Assembly (NCBI GenBank): GCA_013265495.1
Contig: MU057809.1
Span: 620,001 to 684,000 of the forward strand
Length of the DNA stretch: 64,000 nucleotides
Direction of reading: 5' to 3'
From: Vicugna vicugna
Taxonomy: Eukaryota
Each line of letters starts with the position of its first letter. The stretch's first letter is position 1. Position numbers and translations under genes: made by a program. Shown here one piece after another: positions 41,166 through 53,700 of this stretch. The notes beneath the pieces were generated by a model. It saw nothing but the letters and a program-made list of their open reading frames with translations, did no database searches and was not told the DNA's origin.

Positions 41166-41211
41166 TGCGTGTGTGTGCGTGTGTGTGTGTGTGTGTAAGT
41201 GTGCGTGTGTG
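41166..41211. repeat. (GT)n microsatellite
   Basis: Directly visible. Confidence 0.9.
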
Positions 41212-41389
41212 TCTGTGCGGGCACACGGATGTCTGTGTGTGGGGTGTGCCTGCGAGGAGGCCGTGGGCCCGAGGGCTTGATGCTTCCCTGCGCGGGGCTC
41301 TCCCGTGTCGTGCCCCTCCTCGTGTGCTGGTGGGCACCGCCTCTGCCGCCTGACTTCGTGCTGCCGCCAGGGATGATCTCCCTTGTGGG

Positions 41390-41514
41390 TTTTTTGAGGG
41401 GGCAGGTAATTAGGTTAACTAATCAATTAATTAACTACTGGGGGGCCCGGGGATTGAACCCAGGACCCGGGGCAGGCCAAGCGCACGCTCCACCCTGAGC
41501 TCGCCCTGCCCTCC
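41390..41514 (-). mobile_element. Degenerate second copy of the tRNA-Ala-derived (Vic-1-like) SINE, with tail
   Basis: Reverse complement AGCTCAGGGTGGAGCGTGCGCTTGGCCTGCCCCGGGTCCTGGGTTCAATCCCCGGGCCCCCCA aligns to the 32057 copy; tail ...taacctaattacctgccccctcaaaaaa. Confidence 0.8.
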
Positions 41515-44500
41515 GTGAGCTCCCTTGGGAGTCAACAGCTGATGCTCCTCTGCTGACAATTAGCCCTTCCCGCCTTGTTTCCGGGTGGTTTGTCACCCCC
41601 GCCCCCCCGGGGTCACGGCCCCCTCACCCCTGGGCACTGCTGAGAGTGAGGCTCGGAGCGCGGACCCCGCGGGGGGCGCACCTGAAGGTTCTGCTGCCCT
41701 TGGAGTGTGGACCCCCGGGCCGGATGCGGGCGGGTGGGCCGGGTCCCCAGTCCTCCGTCCCGGCTCCGGGCACAAGGCCTTCGACTGTCCTGGCAATGCA
41801 CGGTAATCAGGCCTGCCTGGGGGGGGCAGGTGCAGTGGGGGCTTTTTAATTCACTTCAGTTACAGTTCTGCGTGGCTGTCCCACGCAGGCAGTCAGCCGC
41901 CCCCGGCAGCCCCTGATGTCCCGGCCATGGACTCTGCGGAACATTCCAGCACCTCTGCCAGCTGGGGGAGTCCAGGACCGAGGCTGTCTCTGCTCTGAAG
42001 CAGCAGACAGCTCCCCCACAATGTGCCATGGAGGTGGCCGTGTGGCGACAGTGAGGGGGACGCAGGCCTCGCAGAGCGCAGCTGGGGCCACGGGCTGGCC
42101 AGCGGCCTCCCCGCTGATTATTACAGTTGTCAAAACGCTGGGCCTTTGAGGGGCTTCTCTGTCCACCCCTTGTCTGGGTGGGGGGAACTCTGGCACCCTG
42201 GGACAGGGCTAGGGGCAGGGAACTCACTCCAGGACTAGGCCTGGCAGAGCGGGCCCCTCTTGGGTCACCTGGGCCCGGATCCAGGTGTGCGGGCGGTGGT
42301 GCCTCGGGGTGCACTGGTGGGGGGTCTGCTGGTCTCCTTGGAGATCAGTCTTGGCTCCGTCACCAGGAGGCAGCTGGTGACGTCTTCTCTCCTGCACACG
42401 GAGGGCGTCCCTGAGCCCCTGCCTGTCCCCGGCCGCGCCCCTTCCGCCGTGCGTCTGGCTTCCCTCTGCAGCACCCCGGGGCCGTGGCCCCTGAGAGCCT
42501 GCACTCTGGGAGCAGAGCGGCCTGAAACCAGGGGAAAGAACACTGGGGGATTTGGCTTAAACTCATTAAACCCCACGAGCCCTCCTGCCGCGTGATCGCA
42601 GCCCGCACCCGGCCTTCTAATCTCGTTCGGGCCTCGGGGTAATTTGTTTAGCTGTGCTGATCAGTTGAAGGTTGATTCAATTGGACTTGGGTTGTTTATT
42701 TGTGCCCGAATTTGCTAAGTGTCATTGGAGGTACATGAGGTCTCCATTACGGCAGCGAGATGGCTTCATTAGGGTGATGGCCACTCCTGCCCCCCCCTCC
42801 CCCTCCGCCCTTCTCCAGGCCCCTGGGTCCCCTCCCTCCTAGGGAGGGCATGGTCGCCTGGGGAGCAGGGGTATGGCTCAGTCGCCCCATTCCCCAGTGC
42901 AGCTGGCTTGGGGGTGGGCCCTACGCCAAGGGTCTGAAGATCTGACTGCCTACAAAATCTGCTCATCAAATTACCAGTCCCTGGTGAGCGTGGGTGACCT
43001 GCTGTCCTGTGCTCACCCCCCTGGGAGGACCCCAAAGGCCTCCACCTCCCTAAGCCTTGGTTTTCTCATCCGCAAGCTGGGAACACTGGTCTTCCCTCCT
43101 GCCGTCTCCCGGGGGTGGGCTCATGGGGTGAGCCCTCCCGCCCCCACGACTTGTGCATGTGGACACTGAGGTCGCAGGGAGGGCAGATGGGGTCAGCGCT
43201 GGGTCCTCTCTCTGGGCAGCTGGGAGTGAGTGATGGATGGCCCTGCGGTGCCGCCCAGGATAAGCGGACCTGGCAGTGTGCCGCTTCCTGCCCTGAGGTC
43301 GGATGCCTGGCTGGTTCCACTTCAGAGTCCTGGGTCCTCCTCGCCTGTCCCATGGCCTCGACCCTCCAGGTGGGAGGCCCCATCCCTGCCACGTGTGATG
43401 AGGTCACCCTCAGGGCTGCTCTCTGGTCCGCGCATCCCAGCCAGCAGGCTCTCTGGCACCGAGCAGGCGAGCTGGAAGGACAGAAGAGTACTGGGTGGAG
43501 CTGGAGGGTCCAGGCTAGGCATCAAGAGAGACAAGTGAGGGGTGGTGTGCTCCCCAAGGAGTCTGGGCTCTGGAGGTGGCCCAGAGGGCTGGAGTGCTGA
43601 GAGCTGGGGCAGAAGAAAGTTTGGCAACCATTCACCAGTTGTGACATAGGCACCCAGGTCAGGGCTGGGAGAGGGGGACCAGCGGGGGGCAGAAGGTCCA
43701 GCGGCAAAGACCCCGCCCATGTTCCCTGCCCGGGAGCACCCCAGAACTGGCGGGCTTCCCCTTCCACCCCTTCCAGGAGAGGAGCCAGAGCCAGAGCCAG
43801 AGCCCGGTCGGCCCCCTGGGCAGCATTTCCTCAGCGGGTACCCTCTGCTCTCAGAGCCCAATGGGCCTCTGTGGCTCCAGCTGATCCCTTAGCTGAACCA
43901 GGAAGGATCTGATTCCCGTAGAGGGGAAGCGATGTGTCCGAAGTCCCCCAGTGCATGGGGCAGTGCAGGGACCAAGGTCCAGGGCCACGAGAGGAAGACA
44001 CTGGGAATGACCCAGGAGCCAAGCTCCCCACTCCCCAGACACCAACTAGTTAACGCCTCAGAGCAACCCTATCACCCCTTCTCACGTGGGAGGCCGTGGA
44101 GGCTCAGAGAGGCTAGGTGACTTGTCCGAGGCTGCACAGCTGCTCCATTGCAGAACTGACTGCAGATCCATCTGCTTCTGCCCCCAGCCCTGTCCCTCCC
44201 TGTGCAAGACAGGAGTCAGGGCCATTTCGGGGAAGGCTCAGGGGTCCCCCTAAGCTGACCCCAGGAGGAGGAATGCTGTCACTGGGAGGAGTTCTTGGGA
44301 ACTCCAGTGGTGGGGCCAGGGGAGGAGCAGTCACCAGGGGCGTCTTTGCGCCTGTCACCCTGTGGATGGCTGTGGCTCCCTGCACTGGGTGGCCCTGGGA
44401 GCCACCGTGGTGCATCCTCAGAGCCACCCCCCGAGGTATTGGGGGTGTTTCTACACCAACTCCGTCAGGCACTGCTGAACATCTTGTCCTGGACCGTCTC

Positions 44501-45159
44501 CTCCCATCCCTGGGATGTCTGGTGGTCCCTACGCCACAGGTGGAGAAACTGAGGCTCGGAGAGCCTTGATGGGGTCAGTGCCGAAGTGCCCACGCCAGGA
44601 AGCCTTCCCTGCTGGGTCCGGCCCCTCATCGGGTTCCTGAGCTGCCCTGTGTTCCCACTGTCATTGCCTCGATGACCTGACGTGTCCCTCCAGGCTGAGA
44701 GCCCCCAGGGCAGGGTGCACTGAATGCCCCCAGCTCCCAGCAAGCCCTGGGCAGTGGGAGAGGGTGTGTTGGGCCGCATAACAAGCCACACAATGACCGT
44801 TTCATTACAGTTCCTGGTTTGTGGGTCGAGAATCTGGGCTGGGCTCAGCTGGACGGTTCTTCTGCCCCACGAGGTGTTGACAAGAGGTTGCGTGGGGCAC
44901 TCATCTGGGGGATGGGCTGGTCTGGAGGGTCCCAGACGGCTTCACTCACCTACCTGGCGCCTCGGCAGGGATGGCTAGAAGGCTGGGCTCAGGCAGGACG
45001 GTCACTGGGGTTCCCACCTGTGGCCTCTCCGGGGTAGTGGACTGCATACATGACAGGCCAGGGCTCCCAGACCCAGTGTCCCAAAAGGCAGGAGGTGGAG
45101 GCGGGCCCGGAAGCCAGCAGCACAGTGCCCAGCCCCTGCTCTCTCTATCTGTTAATTCA

Positions 45160-45615
45160 TGTGCGTGTTAATAAAATGCACGTCGCACAATAGTTACATT
45201 CGACCATTTGCGTCAGTCCAGCGTCACTGAATTCACTTACAGCGTTGCGTGACCATCGTCATCTATACCGGAAACGTCTTCATCGCCTGCAACAAAACCC
45301 TGTCCCCGTTAAGCATGCACCCTCCTGCTTTCTGTCTATGAATCTGACCCCTCTGGGGACCTCACGTGAACGGAGCCCTGCAGTACGTGTCCTCTGTGTG
45401 TGACTGACTTCGCTGAGCACCGTGTCCTCAAGGTCCATCCACGCTGTAGCGGGTGTCAGAGTTCCCCGCGTCTTTATGGCTGAACTGTATCCCACTGTGT
45501 GGATGGACCCACTTCAGCGTCCGTTCATCCTTTGGTGGTCACTGGGGGTCTTTCCACCTTCTGGTGGCAGTGAGTAACGCTGCTATGACCACGGGTGTAC
45601 AGACTCTGTCTGAGC
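45160..45615 (-). mobile_element. L1M (L1MB/MC-like) 3' fragment
   Basis: ctttctgtctatgaatctgacc ... tcaaggtccatccacgctgtagcgggtgtcagagttcccc ... gtcactgggggtctttccaccttctggtggcagtgagtaacgctgctatgacc. Confidence 0.8.
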
Positions 45616-45919
45616 CCCTTACACCCTTGATGAGCAGTCCCGGGGCCTGGAGCCCGGAGCCCGGAGCCCAGGGCAGTGGGCACAGGAAGAGGGCAAGAGC
45701 TGGCAGCATCCTTAGCCCACCACGCCGTGCGGTGTAGAGAGAGGTCTGCTGGCAACCTCGGGCCACAAAGCAAATCAGGAGGCAGCTGCAGATCAGGTGG
45801 CGGAGGAAAGGGGAGATGGGGCCCCGGTGTCCGGGGATGTATGAGAAGCCAGACTGGGTCTGGGAGGACGGGTGGAGGCTTCTGGAGGGGTGGGGCCCGA
45901 GGTCCTCAGCCTGGCGGAG

Positions 45920-46075
45920 GTGTGAGCCTGGGCTCCACTGCCCAGGAGCTGTGTGACCTGAACCATCAAACGTCCTCCCTAGGAAGATGGGAGCAGATAA
46001 CCGGCCGCCCTTGCAGGATGCTGAGGGGATTCAGTGGGGAACTTTGTGCAAACCTCTAGCCTGGTTCATAGTCAA
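45920..46075 (+). mobile_element. MIR SINE fragment
   Basis: ctgggctccactgcccaggagctgtgtgacctg ... aagatgggagcagataa ... ttgcaggatgctgaggggattcag. Confidence 0.6.
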
Positions 46076-49000
46076 CCAGGCGGTCACGGGTGTTGAGAAG
46101 GACGAGAGACTCTCCTCTGCGGTCCCCAGGTCACACCTGCTGGGCTGGGGAGAGTGGGGGCGGGCTTCCCAGAAGGCCATGCCGGTGCAGGGCCAGGGCT
46201 TGGCGTTTGGTGAGTCTGAGTCAGACCTCTTGGGGAGGCCGGCCGCATTGTCACCGTTGGGAGCTCTGGGGTGAGCTGGGGGCTGACTGGGTGGTTCCCA
46301 CTGCTCCAGCAGGGCCCACCCACCTGCGGCAGCGTCCCGGGGCCGCCCTCTTGAGGCCGGCCCAGGGTGCTGCCCTCCGAAGCCATGACCGGGGCAGGGA
46401 CGTCTAGGGGCAGCCTTCCAGGGGGGGCCCCTCAGGTCAGCCTTGGGAACGTGTGCCATCACTCTCGCTGCAGCCCAGCGGTCGAAGCGCGCCCTGGGCT
46501 TGGCCCAGACCTAAGGGAGGGAAAGCACACTGCCTCCTGGGCAGGGAGAACCGCTGTGGCCAGGTCTGCAGGCTGGTGCCCCAGAGGCCCGGCCAGCCGG
46601 TGTGCAGCAGGCTGGGCATGAGGCCCCACCCCCAGGAGGGCGAGCGCGGGAGCCGCTGACTCTGCGGGCCTGAGAACACAGCGCCGGGAGCACCCAGTAG
46701 GCGCTCGGTGTGTGCTTGTCACCGGATGTGTGAGGAGTGAGGTCCAACCAGGCTGGACCTCAGGCGCGTCCGGACTCCCTGCTGGGCCGCACATCGTGCG
46801 GGGCTGCAGGCCCAGCGGCGGCAGCGGGCGCCCTGCGGCACCTGTCTGGGCATGAGACCTCTGCCTGTCGCTCCCACCCACATTCCTGCCCGCCTCCCGC
46901 CTCCCTTTCCTTGCACATCAGCCAAACTCCGACTCCCCCAAGGCTGCCTCATCAAACATTCCTTCCTCCTCATCACCATAATTTCCCGTTTGTAGGTTAA
47001 GCTGCGCCTGGGGTTCTCAGAAATTCGCTCGCTGCCTCGCAACTTGCCGACTTCTCAAATGTCTCGTCCTCTCCCGCCTCTTTCCTTCTGGAGAAGGAAG
47101 CTGGCCGTGGCGGGAGCGGGGAAGGCTGGCGGCTCCCCACTGCAGTCTGTAGGGCTTCGTCTGGAAAGACGCAGCCTGATCCAGCTGTCTGTCCGTCTGT
47201 CCATCCTCTCCAGACACCGTGGACTAGAGAGATGAGTTGGGATCAACTGACATTTTCCAGCGTTTTCCGCCTGCCAGGTGCTCTCAGCGTGCTGCAGGGA
47301 CGTAACTTGTTGAATGCTGAGGACGCACACCCCCTGTGCTCCCCATTTTGTCCCCAGAGAACCCAGGCTCAGGCAGGCGTGTGGCCTGCTCCAGGTCACC
47401 TGGATAGCGATGAGCGCAGGGGGACTGGAGCCCGGCCTCTGGGACTGCGGTGTGTTTGGGAAGGGACGCATCCACAGCACACGGCGGCTTGCGGGATGGG
47501 CCCCGGCAGAGGGCACAGCGCCGGCCGAGCAGGAGGTCGGGTGGCTGGGGCTCGCTGAGTGCCTCTGCGTGCACGTGCCGGGGAGCGAAGCCCTGGGCTG
47601 CCTCTGGGTCCAGCTTGCCTGAGCCCCGCTGGCCTCGGGGAGGTGGGGGGTGGGCTCTGCTCACCTGGCAGACACGACGATGCAGCAAAGTGCCGAGAGA
47701 GAGGTGCATCTCTCTGTCCGGCCAGCTGCAGGTGGAGGCGAGGACGGAGCCCTGTGGAGCTCAGGACTGAAGCTGGCGCCCAGCCAGACTGGGGACCTTG
47801 GGACCTTGGGAAGCTGTCACCCAGCAGGGCGGCCAGAGGCCCCCCTGGAGAGAAGGCCTGCGGGCTGCAGACCCCAAGCCCAGAAGCACTTCTGCTGCTA
47901 TTCCCAGGTTCCCTGCCTTTCTGAGCCGGGACTGAGGGCTCCAGCCAACAAGGGGCCAGAGCCCCAGGCCAAGGGTGCTGCTCCCTCCTCCCCCCTCCTC
48001 CTCCCTCCTCCCTCTGTCCCTCCTCCCCCCTCCATCCCTCCTCCCTCCATTCCTCTTCCCTCCGTCCTNNNNNNNNNNNNNNNNNNNNNNNNNNTCCTCC
48101 CTCCGTCCTCCGTCCTCCCTCCCTCCCATCCCCCAGCAGGGAGGACAGGGAGGGCTCTGCACCCCTGGGGATAGAGCAGTGACAAGACCACAGAGGCCAC
48201 CGTTTAGCAGGAGAGAGAACGAGTCCGTGACCATGTGTGCACCGAGGGCTGGGCCTTGTGGGAGGAACAGCAGGACACTGACTTGGCAAGGGGGCCCGGG
48301 GAGTCTCTGATGAGAGACCTTTGGGCTGGGGCGGGGCAATTGCGGGCGGAGGAAGGCAGCCCGTGGGGATGGAGGAGACTCTGTGCTGAGGCGTGGGGCT
48401 GGAGCAGAGGGGGTGGCACTGGTGGGATGGGGGCGGGCCATTTATGCCCTGAACAGGCCTGAGTCCTGGGGGCCTTGAAGACTCTGCCAAGCCTCTCTCC
48501 CCAGATGACGTCATCACTCACCACTGGACAGGAAGCGGCTCCCTGCTTCCCAGGCCGACCCCAAGGGCTTCACCTCTGTGTCTTCAGCCCATTGTACAGA
48601 TTATCCTTCCATTAGTGAAATCACACAGTGGGGACCGAGGGACTTTCATCTCCAAGAGGCCTTGCAAGCATGGATCACTGAAAATTAGTGAAAGCATTCT
48701 CGTCTCTAAGTGCCTCTAGGCTGCAACCTTCCCTTCCTGTGTCAGCTGAGGGAAATGCAGCCTTGATTACAGGAAGCTCCTGGGTGGGGTGGGGGGCAGC
48801 CTCAGCTCCCCCTCCTGGGCTCTGCATGCGGGGACCGTTCACAAGGCAGCCGGCAGCAGTCAGACATTTGGGGAGAAGGCGAGATGGCCCTAGGGGAAGG
48901 TTCCAGCGTGCTCCAGGCTCCCGGCGCTGCCCCCAGGGCTCGGACGGCCCGCGGCCCTCGGCGGGTGCCGTGCTGAGGTCTCCTGCGCCCCGCTGCAAGA

Positions 49001-50229
49001 CAACTTGGGTTGGCCTTGAGGGGCCCTGTCCCTTTGCTTCGTGACCCCAGACGAGCGCCACCCCCTCCCACCGCCTGCCTTTCTCGATTCCAAGGTCTCG
49101 AGGACGCCATCCCCCACCTCGATTCCCCCAGATCTGAGACAAGCTTCTGGCACCTGCTGCCTGGCCAGGCTTGCTCTCTGGTGTAAGCTCTGCTTCAGCT
49201 GAAAGGTTGAGCTGATAATGAAGTTTCTTCAGATCCATTATGTTCACCAGGGTTTCTCCCCGAGGGAGCCCTTGATGTCAGATCGGCAGCCTCTGCAAAG
49301 CAGGGTGGCCAGGCCTTGGGCCTTCCTTGGGGTCGGCCGAACGCAAGTAAGTAGGTGTGCTGGGGGGGTTGGCGGCCTCCCCGGGCAGATGTGTGTGTGG
49401 TGCGTGCAGCCCTCACAACTTGGGGTTCAGAAAGCCAGGGCCCCTGGGACCTGGCGGGTGCTCAGGGATGGGCATGCATGGGTCACCTGCCCAAAACACC
49501 AGGGTGCATCCAGAAGTATTTCTGGTTAACTTTTAGGGAGAAGGGGCGGTGCCCGGTACGCAGGACTCTTGGAAGACCATTTCTGAAGCACTGTTTTGCG
49601 TGCACCAGGTTGGAGAGAACTGTCATGGTTAACGCTGAATTAGCAGAGCGTGGGGGTCTGGGAACGCTCAGCCAGGCTTCGGGTTGGTCCCACACCTGGG
49701 TTAGCGGCAAGGCTGGAGCAAACATCAGGTGAGCAGGACTCCGAGACTGAGGGTTTCCCATAGGAGACTAGGATGGGGCCGTACTGGCTCTGATGACAGT
49801 GCCACCACCCTGGTGGCTGTTCGTGTGCAAGTCTGTGGGCGTGCAGGGTGGGATTTGGGGAGTAGCGAGTGATGCTGGAAAGGGTGTGGAAAGCCAGACC
49901 CCAGTCAAGAGGCCGCTGGGGAGCTGGGAGACAGAGCCATGGGTAGTGAGCTGCAGTGTGGTGTCTGCGGTGAGGGGCACTTGGCCCCCAATCCTGGTAT
50001 GGCCTCTAAGGAGCTGTGCAACCGTGGGCAAGTCAATCACTGTCTCTGAATGGCAGTGGCCTTGTAGGTAAGGCCTGAACCGTGAGGTGCTCTAAGAGCT
50101 AGAAATCGTGAGTGTAAAACACCAGCCCAGAGCCGGCCTGGCCCGAGCTGGGGCACAGCCCGCTGGGGTAGTTAGCTGCTGACGTGTTTCTCTGTGCATG
50201 GACTGTGGGTGAGCCTTCTCCCAGGGCTG

Positions 50230-50500
50230 GGGAGCGTGAGGATGGGCAAGGCTGTTTTCAAGGAGCTGACCTCCTAGTTGGAGGGACAGACACTCGACAA
50301 GCAGCTCCAATCTAGTGTACTCAGTGCTGTGATGGGAAAATGGGCTGTGGGCACCCAGAACAGGGGTGGGGCTCTCGGGGGAAGGTTCCATGAAGAGCTC
50401 TCACAGCTCAGACCTAATGACTGAGTAGATCTTTTTCTAGGCAAAGGTGTATAGAGAGTTCTAGAAGGAGGAGCCAGCATTCGCATAGGCCTAGGGAGAG
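50230..50500 (-). mobile_element. L2 LINE fragment
   Basis: ttcaaggagctgacctcctagttggagggacagacac ... cagtgctgtgatgggaaa ... gctcagacctaatgactgagtag. Confidence 0.55.
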
Positions 50501-50517
50501 TCTGCTTAGACCATGAG

Positions 50518-50755
50518 TTGATGATGATGGCAACAGTGATGGTGATGATAGTGATGGGGTTAAAGGTGATGATGGTGGTGATGATGGTGATGATAACGGC
50601 AATGAGGATGGTGTTGGTGGTGATAATGGTGATGATGGGGATGATGGTGATGGAGATGGTGATGATGTGCTGGTGCTGACGTGGATGATAACAGTGATGG
50701 TGATGATGATGGCAGTGGTGATGGCAGTGATGGTGAGGAGGAGCTGCTGCTGGTG
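50518..50755. repeat. (GAT/GGT)n degenerate trinucleotide repeat
   Basis: gatgatgatggcaacagtgatggtgatgatagtgatgg...; explains the poly-His/Ile/Thr ORF on the minus strand. Confidence 0.95.
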
Positions 50756-53700
50756 ACAGTAAGTGTGACGGTGCTCCTGACCCAGCAGCAGCAGCAGCCT
50801 CCTCCCCCTGGTCGGGGTTCCGGTCAGCTGAGGGACTAGAACAAAAGTGCTGCCAGCTGGGGACTGGCTGACTTCTCCTTGGTCTGAGCCGTGCTCTCTG
50901 ATCCCTCCATCCTTTCCACGGCCCCATGCGGACTAGGTCCCCTGGATCACTCCTGTCTGTCCCTGCAGGGCTGTGGTCTGTGCTCTGTCTCCTCTCAGGG
51001 AGGGGGACCATCCAGGCTTTGATGCCCTCAGCTGTTTCCCTGGTCCTCCCTGATGGCCACTCCCAGTCTGGTCAGGTGAAGGGGCGAGTTTGCATCCTGG
51101 AGGGGTTGGCCTCCTCCCCTGGTGGCCTTCCTGGGGCAGCCCCTACCGCGAGGTGACAGCTGGCCGCTGCTGGGCCGCGTCTCCAAGGCTGGCCGCAACA
51201 AGGGGCCTCATCAGGCAGAGCTGACCCCGCTGACTCTCCCCTAAGCCGTCTTCCTGCATCCAGCTACATCTCCCTAACTTCTTCCCTAAAAGCAAGTAAT
51301 TGGGATTTGAAATTAAAATCAAATTGGAATAAAAAAGATCAAATTAGAGGTCCTAGGAATCCTGCAGGCACCCGTGCCGCCGTGGTGCAGCCTCTGCTGG
51401 AGACGACCCAGTCTCTGCGCTGCTGCCTCTGCCTGGCCCTGTGCCCGCGTGGACCCTGGGGGCACACGGCCCCTCCACCTGAGATGGAGCTGGACGAGGA
51501 CAGCACGGGCCCCTGCCCAGAGCTGTGCTCTGTTCTTCTCCCCACACTGCCCAGTCTGCTCCCGACCCCCTAAAGGCGCCCACGCCCGCCCTGGCCACCT
51601 CTCTCGCCCCTGCATGGGGCCCTCGCGGGTGCTTGCTCACCTCTTGATGGGCAACAGAGCCAAGCCCCCCAGAGGCTGACCTCTCGCACCTCTGAGCCCG
51701 GGTGCCTAACCCCACGGTCACAGGCCCAGCGCTCACCCCTGGCGTTCCCGACACGCTGAGCATCCCCGCAGTCCCACTCACGTGCACAGGCACAGCCGTC
51801 TGACACTAGCATAACAGTCATGCTTTTTACGTGCCCTTGACGCCTTCCATCTCCAGGGCTGAGCCCCGAGCCCCGAGGCCCCGGGTGCAGAAGGAGGGAG
51901 GACCCCGCCCAGAACAGGTGGGTGAGTGGTCTGCGCAGGGCCACAGGGCCCGCTCACCAAGGGGAAGTCCGGACAGCCAGGGTCTGGGAGTGAGAACATT
52001 TTCTCTGGTCCCTTGACCCCTGTTTAGCATTTCAAGGGCCAGCGATGTCCTTGAGTCTTGCTGTTGTGTGTGTCGAGGTGGGAGAACTCTGGAAGTGGTG
52101 CAGTCAAGGGCAGTTCAGCCCTGGTGATGGGGGAAGGCAGGGAGTGGGGAGGGGGCCGGGAGGGTAGCCAGGACCTCTGGTGTCCGAGGGGCTTTAGAAG
52201 CATCCGTCTGGGTGTGGGGACACACGAGAACATGGGAAGGGGGCTCTGCCCTGGTGCAGCGTGGGGAGACTGAAGGTCCCCTCTGCCATGCCCTGCCCAC
52301 CTCCAACACGACACGGGATGGAGGGCCTGTGGGAAGAAGCTGGGAAGATGGGCCGGACAGGGTCCTGGCTCCGCGTGCCCTGGGGGGAGTTCAGGACACT
52401 CAGGAGCCCCCGAGAGGCCAGCCCATCTGCAGGAAGGGCTACCGGGGTGAAGAGGCCGCAGCCGGGGAGGACGCCGTGACCCGGGCAGACGGCCTTGAGA
52501 GAGGACGGTGCGGAGCCGTCCTCGTGAGTGTGGCAGTGGGGTGGACGCCCGGCCCTTCCCGCAGACGTCCCCACAGAACCTGATACGCTCACGGACTTGG
52601 CAAGCGTCGCCCAGCTTTTAATTTGCGGGAGAGGCGACCTTTTCTATTTCAGATCACATGAAGTTAATTTGCACTCCAAGTTCAAGAGAGCGCCTGAGAA
52701 GGTACAAATGTGATTTCTCAACAGCTGTTACTGGAGGACTCGACACGACAGAAATGATGAGAAGGGAGGATTCGGTTTGAGAGAGAAAGAGGCGTGCTCT
52801 CCCGAGAGCCGGCCGGCGCGGCGGCAGCCAGCCTGGAGGGGCTGCGGGAGCGTGGGGGCCGGCTGCTCACCTTGTGCGGCGTCCCTGGCCCCCGCTGCCC
52901 TGTTTCTGTTTGAATACCCTGTGCTGGAGCGCTCACTGCCCCCAGGAGCAGGCGAGTCCTGCACCCGGCAGGTCCGGCTGTGAAATGGTCTCTCCAGCGC
53001 TGGTGACGTTGTTCTGACCCCTGACGATGCCCGGATCCCCCCTCCTCCCCCTCCTCCCCCTCCTCCTGCCCTGTCCGTGTCTGAAGGTGGCGAGCTCGTC
53101 TGCCTCTTCGCTGACCACCTCCGACTCCGTAACCACGTGTCCTAGGCCGGTGTCCGTGTCCGAGAATCCTGTTCCTGGGGGCGTTCTGATCTGCCTGTGT
53201 CCCTAATGTGGGCCACTCAGAACCAAACCCAACCTTCCTTTTTCTGACGGGCCAAGGTGCCTATCACTTCCCTGCTTTGGGTTCAGGCCAGGGTTCCCTG
53301 GACACTGCCCCTCCAGCCAGACAGCCGCACCGCACACTCAGCGTGAGCGGAGGTGCACGGCTTGCCCATCTGGTCCGTATCGGGGAGGAGCCGCGCGTGC
53401 CAGGCCCTTGTCGATCCCTGAGGGGGGTCGGGCAGGAGAGGCAGCCACGGGAGAGGTGAGTCCAGTGCAGAGACGGACCTGACACTGACGGGGGCTGCTG
53501 GTTTTAGGGTGAATCCAGCAGCTCGTGGTGGCCCAGCTGACCTGTCTTCCTGCGGCCCTGCCCCGTGCCCACCCTGGGCCCTGATGATTGGACCACGCTG
53601 GTCACCTGACTTAAGCTAGCCCAATCGGATTGGGAGTTGGGGTGGGCGGTCAGTGTCCGCAGCTGGCTGTGGGGCAGCTTTATTCCCATGGGGTCGGGAA

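Noticed and set aside
43679-43692. CTCF-like motifs (also 25771-25784 and 1831-1844)
   Set aside because: 12-13 of 14 matches to a GC-rich consensus are expected by chance at this base composition; ChIP data would be needed.
50274-51011. 245-aa ORF with poly-His/Ile/Thr tracts
   Set aside because: It is the translation of the (GAT/GGT)n microsatellite at 50518-50755, not a gene.
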